DNA of 64,000 nt from an uncultured virus (IMG/VR IMGVR_UViG_3300025691_000004) (Duplodnaviria; Heunggongvirae; Uroviricota; Caudoviricetes). Where the stretch lies: the IMG/VR virus record IMGVR_UViG_3300025691_000004; one strand, given 5' to 3'. Made by a program: the position numbers and the translations under genes. Below, piece by piece: positions 1-9,975 of this stretch. The stretch's first letter is position 1, and each line of letters begins with the position of its first letter. The notes under the pieces were generated by a model that was given only the letters and a program-made list of their open reading frames with translations, did not search any database and had not been told where the DNA came from.

Positions 1-235
1 AGCCAAGCACCACGTGCCAGAAGGTCGAGGTGCGAAAGGCGTTGTGGCAGAACAGGCGGTGCAGGCCAACCGTCACACCCATCAGGATCATGAATGTGGC
101 AGGAACGAACAGCGCGAGCCACCACAGCGACGCTTGCCCGGTGGAAAGGGCATAGGCGCCGTACAGCAGGGCGGCAAAGCCGACGTAGGACGCCAGCGGC
201 GTCATGATGAGACGGTGAACGAAGGGGCGCTTCAT
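1..235 (-). CDS. fatty-acid (delta-9-type) desaturase, N-terminal part; runs off the window edge
   Basis: Not in the ORF track. Manual translation from ATG 235 gives MKRPFVHRLIMTPLASYVGFAALLYGAYALSTGQASLWWLALFVPATFMILMGVTVGLHRLFCHNAFRTSTFWHVVLG: two TM segments, then the first His box GxTVGxHRLxxH. Confidence 0.8.
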   Translation of the reverse strand, partial: MKRPFVHRLIMTPLASYVGFAALLYGAYALSTGQASLWWLALFVPATFMILMGVTVGLHRLFCHNAFRTSTFWHVVLG

Positions 236-768
236 GATCGTGGAGAGATTGAGCGGCTGAAGTCAAGCAGCAGCACGCGGTTAGACAGGGCCTCAACGGT
301 AGAGGCAGCCGTGACAACAGAGAAGTGGCTCTCCTCCTTGAAGGTCCTGTCACCGACCTTTACCGAACCGAGGCAGACGAGCGCCCTGAACCCGACTGGC
401 ACCAGCATGCGGTCACCGCGCTTGAGGTCAAGCTGCTGGACCACTGGAAGCTGGTTCTTGTTGATGTTGCCTGGGATGCAGACGCGGGTGGTCGGCTCGA
501 CGTACTTCAGCGTGAAGGTACCGCCCTCACCGACTACCTCGTGCTCTGACGACAGCACGCCTGGAACTCGGTCCTTGCGCCGCTCACCGTCAAGGTAGAA
601 CTCGGCGCGGCCCTTGGTAAAGTAGGTGAGCGCCTCCGTCTGCATAGCACCGCCATCGACGGTCTGGTAGGAGCCAACAGGGAAGTCGCGAAACGTTACG
701 ACCCAGCCGAATGCGCGGGTAACCCGCGTTTCGTCCTGCCCATTGGAGCAGTGAAGGGTCTCGCGCAT
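232..768 (-). CDS. hypothetical protein, beta-rich, possibly cupin-like
   Basis: Likely ATG at 768, just after the upstream stop; its stop overlaps the desaturase start. Confidence 0.6.
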   Translation of the reverse strand: MRETLHCSNGQDETRVTRAFGWVVTFRDFPVGSYQTVDGGAMQTEALTYFTKGRAEFYLDGERRKDRVPGVLSSEHEVVGEGGTFTLKYVEPTTRVCIPGNINKNQLPVVQQLDLKRGDRMLVPVGFRALVCLGSVKVGDRTFKEESHFSVVTAASTVEALSNRVLLLDFSRSISPRS

Positions 769-769
769 C

Positions 770-1123
770 TTACACCTGGCTTTCCTTGATCTCCTCAAGG
801 ACGCTGTAGATCATGGCGCGAAGGTACTCCTCGTTCCACGCGCCATTGATGTTAGGCGTCTCGCTCAAGGCTGGCTCTTCCTTTGGCGGTTCCCAGGCGT
901 TGGTGCCGCTCTGGCCAATCTTGACGTGATCGGTGTTGATGGGGTTCTTCATCAGCTCCCATGCGGCCTTTGGGGCGTAGTTGTCAACCCATTGACCTAC
1001 GTCAACATCTGTCGGTGGAATGTGGATGTTGTAGCGAGCCTGAACGCCCTCGTGTTCGTAAATCACGACCATCGTGCCCGTAGACGGGTCAACGTTCTCA
1101 ATCTGCCAGGTGTATTCGTACAT
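770..1123 (-). CDS. hypothetical protein (tail-fibre associated)
   Basis: AGGAGG RBS; co-oriented downstream of the adhesins. Confidence 0.7.
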   Translation of the reverse strand: MYEYTWQIENVDPSTGTMVVIYEHEGVQARYNIHIPPTDVDVGQWVDNYAPKAAWELMKNPINTDHVKIGQSGTNAWEPPKEEPALSETPNINGAWNEEYLRAMIYSVLEEIKESQV

Positions 1124-1150
1124 GATGTCCTCCTGCTTCAGGAGTATCTA

Positions 1151-2596
1151 TCAGTAGAACCAGCCTGTTGGACCACCGATGACCAGGTTGTCGCTTGTGC
1201 GGCGGACGCGTAGATTGAAACCAGCTGAGGAAAAAGAAGCGTTGTTGAGCACGACGGTCAGCACGCTCATTCCCTGTGGCAGCACGAAGTTGTTGGTGGA
1301 GTAGACTGTCGGGTAGCCCATCGCGGTACCAGGAGCAACACCTACACCGTTCAGCGTCATGCTGACTAGCGAGTCATCGACTGCGCCGTACAGGTGCGCG
1401 TTGAAGCTGACGCCTGTGTTGTTAGTCAGAATGGTGGAGAAGGTGATGCTTGCCCCTGGCACGTTCGTGATGCCAGCGTTCTTGACATTCCAGTACCACG
1501 GCGAACCAAGAGCACCAGTCCAGGCACCGTTCAGCGGAGTGCCCTGCACGTAGTTCTTGCGGGTGCCCATGTTCGACGTGTAGTCGGTACCAAGTACGTA
1601 GATGCCAAAGCTGTCAACTGAGCCAACGAGCGTGCCGTGGTAGTACCACGAGATGTAGTTGCCGCCCGAGATGGCAAGGCCTGCAAGACCGCCGGTGCCT
1701 GGGGCGCTGTAGCCGCCATTGGCGTAGAGCAGGTCGCCATACAGGCCGTCCTTGCCGTTCTGTCCAAGGTCACCGCCGTTGCCACCTGGACCAGAACCAA
1801 TCTGGCTTCCAATGACGAAGCGCGCGCCACCAGCACCTGCTGCTGCAAGAGTTCCTGCGCTGCCAGCCGAAGCCACACCGTTTGTCGTGTTGCCAGTCGA
1901 TGTACCTGCTGCACCGCCTGCACCGCCTGCCCGACCACCGCCACCGCCACCGCCAGAGGCGCCGATGAAGTCAGTCATCTTACCAGTTGGGTCGTGGCGG
2001 GTTGCGCCACCGCCACCGCCACCACCACCCCCGCCACCAATGATGCCGAAGTTGCGCATGGTGACGTTGTAGTTCAGGCTGATGCCGATGCCACCGGCAC
2101 CACCGTTGGTGCCGTTTGTGAGGGTTGCGCCGCTCACCGAGCCACCAGTTCCACCGGCACCACCGGCACCCTCAATGGTGCCGTAGTTCTGGATGTCGAT
2201 CGTTGAGGTGGGGTCAGGAGGTGTTGGAGTTCCAAGTTCAAAGGCAGGAACTGAAGGCGACGTGCTGTACACGTACACGCCACCATTGATGGTCACGCTG
2301 GCAACGAGGCGCTTCACGCCGTCCCAGCCGGCAGCGATAGCGCGGTTGCGAAGGTTGTAGTTGGCAGTATCAACGGCTACGACGTCGTTGAAGATGAACT
2401 GCGCTGAGACGCCGAGGAAGTTGCCAATGGTGATCGTGCCGCTTGTTGGAATAGCGCCGATCTGCTGAACGCTGGTCGGAGGAGGATTGCCAACGTAGCC
2501 ACCACCCGCGTAGTACTCGTTGAGGCCGATTGGCGCTGAGCCACCAAACTCGTTCTGAATGTCGAGCAGGCTGGCTGGTCCGGTAGGTACTGACAT
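1151..2596 (-). CDS. glycine-rich tail-fibre tip adhesin (T-even gp38-like) with an extra C-terminal beta domain
   Basis: N-terminal DIQNEFGGSAPIGLNEYY domain; NYGTIEGAGGAGG and GIIGGGGGGGGGG polyglycine motifs; late promoter at 2621-2626. Confidence 0.75.
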   Translation of the reverse strand: MSVPTGPASLLDIQNEFGGSAPIGLNEYYAGGGYVGNPPPTSVQQIGAIPTSGTITIGNFLGVSAQFIFNDVVAVDTANYNLRNRAIAAGWDGVKRLVASVTINGGVYVYSTSPSVPAFELGTPTPPDPTSTIDIQNYGTIEGAGGAGGTGGSVSGATLTNGTNGGAGGIGISLNYNVTMRNFGIIGGGGGGGGGGGATRHDPTGKMTDFIGASGGGGGGGRAGGAGGAAGTSTGNTTNGVASAGSAGTLAAAGAGGARFVIGSQIGSGPGGNGGDLGQNGKDGLYGDLLYANGGYSAPGTGGLAGLAISGGNYISWYYHGTLVGSVDSFGIYVLGTDYTSNMGTRKNYVQGTPLNGAWTGALGSPWYWNVKNAGITNVPGASITFSTILTNNTGVSFNAHLYGAVDDSLVSMTLNGVGVAPGTAMGYPTVYSTNNFVLPQGMSVLTVVLNNASFSSAGFNLRVRRTSDNLVIGGPTGWFY

Positions 2597-2630
2597 CTGA
2601 TCTTCCTAGTCTTTGAGACCTATTTACGCG

Positions 2631-3758
2631 TCAGCCGATGGTGCCAAGACGAGTGCCTGTAACCGCCCAAGTCACATAGGTAGGCGCACCCGATGTGGCG
2701 GCACCTCCAGCGCCGCCAGCGACGCCAAAGATGTAGCCTCCAGTGTAGTACTGACCACTAGATGCCGCTGGGTTACCGCCCTTGAAGCCTGCAGTGCCAA
2801 GAGCTCCACCAATACCCGTGTTTGCGCCAGTGCCACCGTTAAATCCACCGTCACCGTCAAATTGGTAGCCACCCCCGGATCCAACGCTACCGATAACAGC
2901 GCGAGTTCCTGGAACGCCTGGAGCAGTGAGAGAACCTGCTGATGCAAGCCCAGGGCTCGTGTTGCTTGAGCAGCCAGCGCAGGTACCTTGGGCACCAGCA
3001 GCACCACCCGGGTTGCCGCCTCGGCCGCCACCGCCACCAGCTCCACCGAAACCGTAGATTGTTCCCTTACCGTCGGTGTTGTTCTTTTCTGCACCGCTGC
3101 CACCACCGCCACCACCACCACCACCAATAGTGCCGTTGTTGGTGAATGATGTTGCGTATTGGGCACGGAAGGCAGTACCACCAGCAGATCCTACAACAGG
3201 GGCAACACCGCCGTTAGCGTTCCACGTAGTGGCGTTATTGGCACCGCCGTTTCCTGGACCAGTAATCTTTGCGCCTGCGCCTCCTGCGCCGCCCTTGCCG
3301 GTGATCAACCCATTGTTGACGATGCTGATCGTTGAACCAGCGGGCCAACCAGTATCGGTATCAAGCGCGTAGGTAGCCGTTGATGAGGCCACGACATAGA
3401 CGCCTGAGTTGATGGTCAGCGTTACCAGCAAAGGTGCAGAGGATGAACCAGATACCGCAACTGCGCGGGTGCGGATGTTGTAGTCAACAGCAGAGACTGT
3501 GCCATCAGTGCCAACCGTGCCTGATGTACCAGAGATGGTCAGCGACACGCTGATCGCCTTTGTCAGACCACGGAACATGCCCATGCGGATCAACCCGCTG
3601 GTGCTGATGGCGGTACCATCTGTCACAGATGTCGCCTGCGTCGAGGGCACGTAGCCAGTACCGCCACCGCGGTAGTACTCAGACAGAGCAGCAGGGTTGG
3701 CCCCACCGAACTCCGACTGGATGTGGCTCATTCCTAGGTTGGTTGTTGGCGTCGTCAT
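2631..3758 (-). CDS. glycine-rich tail-fibre tip adhesin (gp38-like)
   Basis: HIQSEFGGANPAALSEYYRGG N-terminus; NNGLITGKGGAGG and NNGTIGGGGGGGGG; coupled to the upstream fibre gene. Confidence 0.75.
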   Translation of the reverse strand: MTTPTTNLGMSHIQSEFGGANPAALSEYYRGGGTGYVPSTQATSVTDGTAISTSGLIRMGMFRGLTKAISVSLTISGTSGTVGTDGTVSAVDYNIRTRAVAVSGSSSAPLLVTLTINSGVYVVASSTATYALDTDTGWPAGSTISIVNNGLITGKGGAGGAGAKITGPGNGGANNATTWNANGGVAPVVGSAGGTAFRAQYATSFTNNGTIGGGGGGGGGSGAEKNNTDGKGTIYGFGGAGGGGGRGGNPGGAAGAQGTCAGCSSNTSPGLASAGSLTAPGVPGTRAVIGSVGSGGGYQFDGDGGFNGGTGANTGIGGALGTAGFKGGNPAASSGQYYTGGYIFGVAGGAGGAATSGAPTYVTWAVTGTRLGTIG

Positions 3759-6592
3759 TCGGCGTCCTTAGCAGCCAGTTGGGCCTTCAGCGCGTTCACC
3801 TCGGCCTTGAGTTCCTTGACAGCTTCTACAAGCAGCGCGACCATGTTACCGTAGGTCACGCCCTTCATGCCGTCGTGATCCGTCTTCACCACCTCTGGTA
3901 CGACCTCTTCCACTTCCTGGGCGATGAAGCCGATCTGGTAGTCTCCTGTATCTACGCGCCTGTAGGAGACACCGCGCAGGCCTTCAACCTTCGCGAGCGC
4001 GTTGTAGATCGGCTCGATGTCCGTCTTGATGCGGCGGTCGGAGAACGCGGTTACGTCACCTGTGGCGTACAGGCTTCCAGCGACGTAGTGGTTGCCGTTC
4101 GTGTAGGCGGCGTAGCCAGCCGCGGTGGTTGAACCACCGATGCCAAGACAGACGTTGGCGCGGTTCCAGTAGAAGTGCCAGCCAGTCGAAGTGTCGTAGT
4201 CACCGCCGTTGCCAGAGGTGTCGAACATTCCGCCGTACGTGCTGGCAGAACCTGGGTAGTAGAGACCAAAGTAGCCGTTGTTTGACTGGCCACCGAACTC
4301 CATTGTTCCGTAGGTGCCGGTAGACGTCTGCATGTAGGCGCTGCCGTTGCTTGGGTACAGCGCGCCAGTGATGCGAAGCGAGCCGCTGGCATAGAACTGA
4401 GCGCGGTAGACGTTGAGGCCATCAGACCAACCGCCGATGCGGAACACGTTGTCGGTGTCCAGGCCCATGTTGATGGCGTAGGCACCAGGCCGGTGGAACG
4501 ACATGACTGCGGCATTGGTGCCAGCGGAATTGCCGAAGGCAACCAGGGTGCCTGCCTGAGTAGCAACGCCGACTGAGTTGCCAGATAGGAAGTTCTGGGT
4601 GCCAGTCCAGGTGTAGCTGCCACCAACCGCAGAGGAAATGCTGCTCGTGTTGTTGGCAAGGGTGGCTGTCGCTGCATTGCCGCTGATGCTGATGGCCCAC
4701 GTGCCAGAGGCACCGGTGCCGGTGAGCGTTGGCACATAGGTGTTGTAGTTGGCGCTGTCAAGCGGCGTGTTGCCAGCAAACGAAGGGCGGTGCTCGAAGT
4801 GCCACTGCGTTCCATTATTATATGCCTTCGAGCTGAAGGAAGTATCGGTGCGAAGCAGCTCGATTGCCCATGGCCCAGAACTTGATGTGCGCAGCGACAG
4901 CGGCAACGAAGCACCGCTATTGACCACGAGGGCACCAGTCATCGTGTCACCGGCCTTGAGCACGTTCAGCGAAGCAGCACCAGTAAGCGAGGCCGTGATG
5001 GTACCAGCGATAAAGTTGCCCGAGGCGTCACGCGAGACAACGGTAGAGGCCGTGTTGGCTGACGTGATGCCGATTGCCGACGCGGCTGCAGTGACGCGGC
5101 CCTTGCTGTCAACCGTGACAGTTGGTACCGAGGCCGAGCTACCGAACGTACCGATGTTGCCGGCTACCTGCTTGAGCTGCAGCTGCGGTGGGGAGAACGT
5201 GAAGTCATTGACCGTGTCGGCATTCACCGAGATGGTGGTGCCAGCGATCGTGATACCGTTACCAGCAACGCCACCACCTGCGGTGGAGAACTGCACGAAG
5301 GCCAGCGGTGTTGAGTTGACCGTGACGCTGTCGACGATCTGGACATAGGCGATGTCGGCCTGCGTCGTGCCTTCAGACACGAACACAGCCGCCGATGGCA
5401 GTTCAGTTGCGCTGTCAGCATCAGCAACGCGGGTCCAGGCTCCTGAGGCAACGTTGTAGATGCCGTTGGCGGCGTTGCGCGTGCGACCAAGGAAGGCACC
5501 AGCATCGGCATCTGGCGTCTGGTTCTTGACAAGGACGCGGTCACCGACGTTCAGCGCCACTCCATCGACAGTCTGCGCGCCCGAAAGAGTGATGTTGGCC
5601 GTAGTGGCGGCACGAACTGCCTGCTTCCACGACACGCCGTTGGCCACGACGTTGTCAACGTACTGCTTGGTTGCTGCCTGCAGCGCGAGGGTTGGGTCAG
5701 CTGACAGCAGAACGGTGCTGTTGAACTGCGCTGCACCACCGACCACCAGCGACGAGAGCGTGCCGACCGACGTCAGTGAGGACGCGGTGACGGTTGGGTT
5801 CAGCGTGGTGCCAGTCAGCGTTCCAGCTGCGGCCGTGACGGTGATGTTTGCCGAGCCGTCGAAGGCGACGCCGTTGATGGTGCGCGGAGTGGTCAGAGTT
5901 GCCGCTGAACCAGAGATGTTGATGGCATAGGTGCCGCTCAGGCGAGCAGCCGCGATCGTACCTGACAGGAGGGATGCAGGAACGTCCGTAACCGGAATGG
6001 TGATGTTGGCCGAACCGTCAAATGACTGCGCAGTCGCGGTCACACCTGACAGGCCGATCGTGCGCGCGGCCTGAAGGGTCGTCGCAGTAGAGGCGTTGCC
6101 TGCCACAGTGATCGTGTAGGTGCCAGACAGCCGAGCTGCAGGAACCGTGCCAGCCGTCAGGTTGGTGGCATTGAGGTCGGTGACTGGGATCGTGATGTTG
6201 GCCGAGCCGTTGAACGAAGTCGCCGTGCCTGTTGCTCCACCTGAGATAGCGATGGTACGCGCCGTCTGAAGAACAGTTGCGGTGGCTGCGTTGCCACCAA
6301 TGTTCAGCGAGCTGGCAGTTCCAGTCAGACCAGTGCCAGAGCCAGTGAACTGGCCAGTGGCGGTGATGACGTCAGCGGTGACGTCACCCGATCCCAGATC
6401 GATGTTGCCGCTTGCATCGAGCGGCTTCATGGAGAACCAGGCGCTTGCACCTGTGAAGATGCGAAGCGCATCCAAATCGGTGCGATAGAACAGCTCGCCG
6501 ACGTCTGGATTTGACGGGTCAGATGTGCCGGAGTCAATCGACACATTGACGATCTTGGAGGTCTCGGTAATCTGAGGGCGGTCAATCAGCAT
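3755..6592 (-). CDS. long tail fibre with C-terminal peptidase S74 intramolecular chaperone
   Basis: Thr/Ala/Gly-rich fibre repeats; C-terminus TAFSDRRIKTDI...GFIAQEVEEVVPEVV...YGNMVALLVEAVKEL. Confidence 0.88.
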   Translation of the reverse strand: MLIDRPQITETSKIVNVSIDSGTSDPSNPDVGELFYRTDLDALRIFTGASAWFSMKPLDASGNIDLGSGDVTADVITATGQFTGSGTGLTGTASSLNIGGNAATATVLQTARTIAISGGATGTATSFNGSANITIPVTDLNATNLTAGTVPAARLSGTYTITVAGNASTATTLQAARTIGLSGVTATAQSFDGSANITIPVTDVPASLLSGTIAAARLSGTYAINISGSAATLTTPRTINGVAFDGSANITVTAAAGTLTGTTLNPTVTASSLTSVGTLSSLVVGGAAQFNSTVLLSADPTLALQAATKQYVDNVVANGVSWKQAVRAATTANITLSGAQTVDGVALNVGDRVLVKNQTPDADAGAFLGRTRNAANGIYNVASGAWTRVADADSATELPSAAVFVSEGTTQADIAYVQIVDSVTVNSTPLAFVQFSTAGGGVAGNGITIAGTTISVNADTVNDFTFSPPQLQLKQVAGNIGTFGSSASVPTVTVDSKGRVTAAASAIGITSANTASTVVSRDASGNFIAGTITASLTGAASLNVLKAGDTMTGALVVNSGASLPLSLRTSSSGPWAIELLRTDTSFSSKAYNNGTQWHFEHRPSFAGNTPLDSANYNTYVPTLTGTGASGTWAISISGNAATATLANNTSSISSAVGGSYTWTGTQNFLSGNSVGVATQAGTLVAFGNSAGTNAAVMSFHRPGAYAINMGLDTDNVFRIGGWSDGLNVYRAQFYASGSLRITGALYPSNGSAYMQTSTGTYGTMEFGGQSNNGYFGLYYPGSASTYGGMFDTSGNGGDYDTSTGWHFYWNRANVCLGIGGSTTAAGYAAYTNGNHYVAGSLYATGDVTAFSDRRIKTDIEPIYNALAKVEGLRGVSYRRVDTGDYQIGFIAQEVEEVVPEVVKTDHDGMKGVTYGNMVALLVEAVKELKAEVNALKAQLAAKDAE

Positions 6593-6626
6593 GGGATGTC
6601 CCTATGGAGGCTGGCCTATTTAACCC

Positions 6627-7220
6627 TTAGACGATGTTTCCAGTCTCCATTCTGATCGTCAGCGTCTTGGTAGCTACAACCGTTGAGGCGTCGTTGGAGA
6701 ACTCCAGGGTGAACACCCGCGTGCTGACACCGGTACCGCTTCTCGTGACGCCGAAGCTACGAGAGGCATTTAGCTGATACCACGTGCCTGCGGTCATGGC
6801 TGGGCTGGTAAAAGGCGTGCCGCCGGTAACTGAGAAGCGCACATACTTGCCTGTTCCGATGCTGGCCGTTGTGGGTGACCACCAAGATCCTGCACCTGCG
6901 TCAGTGTTAGATGAAATGCTGCCATCTGTAGCAAGCGTGGCGTAGGCAGTGGACGAGCTGGTTCCTGGCACCGAGCGAAGCCCGCCATATGCAGCTGTGT
7001 TATACGCACCGGACACCGTCTTCGTCAGCCCACGGAACATTCCGATTCGGATCTCAGAAGCAGTCGACGTTGGAATCGCTACTCCATCAGTTGCTGACGT
7101 GGTTTGGTTGGACGGAACGTAGGCTCCACCCTTCACGTACTCAGACACGGAGACGGGGTTTGCACCACCAAACTCCGTCTGAATGTCACTGAACAGAACG
7201 TTGGTTGTTGGAATCGGCAT
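6627..7220 (-). CDS. short fibre-tip protein sharing the adhesin N-terminal docking domain
   Basis: DIQTEFGGANPVSVSEYVKGG...IRIGMFRGLTK is nearly identical to the N-terminus of 2631..3758; the C-domain is unrelated. Confidence 0.7.
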   Translation of the reverse strand: MPIPTTNVLFSDIQTEFGGANPVSVSEYVKGGAYVPSNQTTSATDGVAIPTSTASEIRIGMFRGLTKTVSGAYNTAAYGGLRSVPGTSSSTAYATLATDGSISSNTDAGAGSWWSPTTASIGTGKYVRFSVTGGTPFTSPAMTAGTWYQLNASRSFGVTRSGTGVSTRVFTLEFSNDASTVVATKTLTIRMETGNIV

Positions 7221-7277
7221 GGTTTACTCGTAGCGAGCCAGTTTTTCCTGCAGCAGCATGACCTTGGCGTTCAGTTG

Positions 7278-9911
7278 TTATTTGGCTTCGAGGGCAGCTA
7301 CTCGCTTCTCAAGTGCCTCAATGCGCTCCATAGCTTCCTGCAGAGCCTTGACTGCCTTCATGTACAGCACCGAGTACTGCACAGAAAGTGTCTTGTCTTC
7401 ATCAGGGGCTTCCGTCACCAGCCCTGGCGACGTGGTTTGCAGCTCCTGGGCCACCACGCCGAGCTGCAGCGGGCCAGTTGGGTCGTTCTTGAAGTGGAAC
7501 TTACGAACACGCACCGCCTTGACGTCATCCCACTGTGAGCCAGCATCAACGATGTCTTGCTTCAGCCGCTGGTCAGAGATTGCGCCGTACGAGTTGTTCG
7601 CGTTTTGAACGTTGCCGTTCCGAAGCACGACGAAGCGTGAAGCAGCTGCAGACTGCAGAGAGATGGCAGTGACGGTATCATTTGCACGAGCGACAATCTG
7701 CAGGCTGGTTGGCGAGCCGGCAGATGCATTCGTGTCATTGATGAACACGCCGTTGTTGGACGAACCGTCATGGTCGATGTCGACCTTAAAGTTGGATGGC
7801 GACGAGGTCTTGCCAACCAACAGGCGGCCAGCTGTGTCGAGGCACATGCGCTCGATGCTATTCGTACCAAAGTACATCGGTAGGTTGGCACGGTTCCAAA
7901 CGTAGGCGGAGCCGTCTGCCGCCTGTCGCAGCAGAAAATCTGATGAACCCGTGGCGTTAGCATTACCACACAGACTCAGATCAGCTTCATATCCAGCTGT
8001 TACAGCACGAACGATCGTTTGAACTGAACTCGAGGATTTTGAAATGTCTACTGAGCCATTGACTTGGAGAACACCCAGTCCAGAAGATGAAGAGCGTGCC
8101 ACCAGCAGATTACCGCTGCTGTCGAGCCGCATTTTTTCGGTGTTGTTGGTACCGAAAATAAGAGCAGCGCTGAAGTACTCGAAGATGTTGCCATTGCCAG
8201 AAACATCTGACCACAGGCGAAGACCACCAGTATCACCTGCCGCGTTGCGACTTTGGATCGTGCCAATTACCTCCAGCTTGTTTCCTGAAGAAGTAGCACC
8301 GATGCCGAGGTTGCCTGAACCATCTAGCCGCATGCGCTCAGCACCGCCTGCCTGGAAGTACATGCTCTGGCCAGCCGAGCCGATGATCAGGTTGTTCGTG
8401 GTGCCGCTGTCCTTGAGGACAAGCGCGGCGCCGGTGGCGTTTGCGCTCTGTACGGTAAGGGCGGCGGCGTTGTAGTTCAGCGTCAGCGCGCCAGTCATCG
8501 TGTCGCCGGTGACGTTCACGTAGGTGGCATCAGCGAGGGCGGTGATGTCGGCTGTCGTGACGGCAGTGGTGCCTGAAACGCGGCCGTAGGCATCGCGCGT
8601 GAACTTCAGGAAGGAGCCAGTGCCGGCATCAGTGACGGTGGCGAGGTCGATGTCATCAACGTTCACCACGATGCGCGAGGTCGAGGCGGTGCCAACGTTG
8701 AACGCGTTGCCGGAGAGCGACAGACCGGCGCCTGCGGTGTAGGCGCCGGAGGCTGAGAACTGAACGAACACCATGGCGTCGGTACCAACCGTGGTGACAG
8801 GTGCCGTTTGCGTCCAGCCAGTATCCGACTGCGTTGAGCCCTGCTGCACGAACACCGCCGCGCTGTTGACCTCATCGATGGGTGAGGTGGCGTCGAAGTC
8901 GGTAGCGCGGGTCCAGGTGCCAGAGGCGACAACCCAGATGCCGTTCTCGGCCTGAGTGGTCTGGTTCTTTACCAGCACGCGGTCACCAGCAACGCATGAC
9001 ACGCCGTCGATCGTCTGCGCACCAGACAGCGTGATGTTGGAAACAGTTGCGGCCTTGACTGACTTCTTCCATGACAGGCCGGCGAGGGCGTTGTCGACGT
9101 AGTTCTTGGTGGTCAGGTGCGACGATGAAGATGGTTCGGCGCTGACGACCGGGTTGTTGAACGTCCAGCTGCCGGTGATGGTCTCATTGCCACCCACACG
9201 CGCGAGCAGAGTGCCGTCGGTGATCTGGCTCTCAGTGATAGTTAGCGCAGCCTGGTGCTGGGTGACGTTGGACTGGGCGATGCGGGCATCAGCAAGGGTG
9301 CCACTCGTGACCTGGCTAGCAGCAAGTGCAAGTGCAGCCTGGTGCTGGGTGACGTTCGACTGAGCGATGCGCGCGTCGCTGAAGGTACCGCTCGTGACCT
9401 GGGCAGCGTCGATGTTGATCTGGCCGGTCGTAACAGAGGTGACCAGGCCCTTGCCGTTGACAGTCAGCGCAACGTACGACGAGTTGTTGCCAAACGAGCC
9501 GGTGGATGCGTTGACTGTGGCCAGGGTGAGCACGTCAGTGCCACCGTCGATGGTGCCGGTGACGTCGCCGGTGATGGTGTACGAGGTACCGCTGGCCGAA
9601 ACAGCAACCCATGTGCTGTCGTTGTAGGCGTACAGGCCCTCAGCGCCATCGTTGGAGTTCTTGTAGAACAGGTCGCCAGGGTTGGCCGAAACTGGGAAGG
9701 AGGTTCCCGACGGCACGGTGACGCTGTCAGCTGAGGCGATCCGCTCCCAGGTTCCGCCGATGTAGACGTACAGGCCACGAACCGTTGTGGCGCTGTCGGA
9801 GCGGTAGAAGACCTCGCCCGCGTCTGGGCTGCTCGGGAAGCTTGTTCCTGAAGCTACAACAAGGTTGGAGATGGTGGCGCCCTGTACGAGCTGAATACCG
9901 TCGATGCGCAT
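7278..9911 (-). CDS. tail fibre with C-terminal S74 chaperone
   Basis: ERMRLDxSGN repeats; C-terminus ISDQRLKQDI...LGVVAQEL...AVKALQEAMERIEAL. Confidence 0.88.
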   Translation of the reverse strand: MRIDGIQLVQGATISNLVVASGTSFPSSPDAGEVFYRSDSATTVRGLYVYIGGTWERIASADSVTVPSGTSFPVSANPGDLFYKNSNDGAEGLYAYNDSTWVAVSASGTSYTITGDVTGTIDGGTDVLTLATVNASTGSFGNNSSYVALTVNGKGLVTSVTTGQINIDAAQVTSGTFSDARIAQSNVTQHQAALALAASQVTSGTLADARIAQSNVTQHQAALTITESQITDGTLLARVGGNETITGSWTFNNPVVSAEPSSSSHLTTKNYVDNALAGLSWKKSVKAATVSNITLSGAQTIDGVSCVAGDRVLVKNQTTQAENGIWVVASGTWTRATDFDATSPIDEVNSAAVFVQQGSTQSDTGWTQTAPVTTVGTDAMVFVQFSASGAYTAGAGLSLSGNAFNVGTASTSRIVVNVDDIDLATVTDAGTGSFLKFTRDAYGRVSGTTAVTTADITALADATYVNVTGDTMTGALTLNYNAAALTVQSANATGAALVLKDSGTTNNLIIGSAGQSMYFQAGGAERMRLDGSGNLGIGATSSGNKLEVIGTIQSRNAAGDTGGLRLWSDVSGNGNIFEYFSAALIFGTNNTEKMRLDSSGNLLVARSSSSGLGVLQVNGSVDISKSSSSVQTIVRAVTAGYEADLSLCGNANATGSSDFLLRQAADGSAYVWNRANLPMYFGTNSIERMCLDTAGRLLVGKTSSPSNFKVDIDHDGSSNNGVFINDTNASAGSPTSLQIVARANDTVTAISLQSAAASRFVVLRNGNVQNANNSYGAISDQRLKQDIVDAGSQWDDVKAVRVRKFHFKNDPTGPLQLGVVAQELQTTSPGLVTEAPDEDKTLSVQYSVLYMKAVKALQEAMERIEALEKRVAALEAK

Positions 9912-9936
9912 GGGTTGATCCCTCGGTCAGATGTCA

Positions 9937-9969
9937 TATTTACGGGAGGCGTCCGCTTGCCCGTAAATA
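9937..9969. promoter_or_regulatory. back-to-back T4-type late promoters (TAAATA) forming a perfect 10-bp inverted repeat
   Basis: TATTTACGGG (9937-9946) and CCCGTAAATA (9960-9969) lie between divergent genes. Confidence 0.7.
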
Positions 9970-9975
9970 GCAGCC

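Noticed and set aside
1900..3130. CCACCG/CCACCA tandem runs as microsatellites or contingency loci
   Set aside because: They encode the polyglycine tracts of the adhesins with mixed codons
1151..9911. Diversity-generating retroelement or invertase shufflon acting on the adhesins
   Set aside because: No reverse transcriptase, recombinase, adenine-specific TR/VR pair or inverted crossover sites seen
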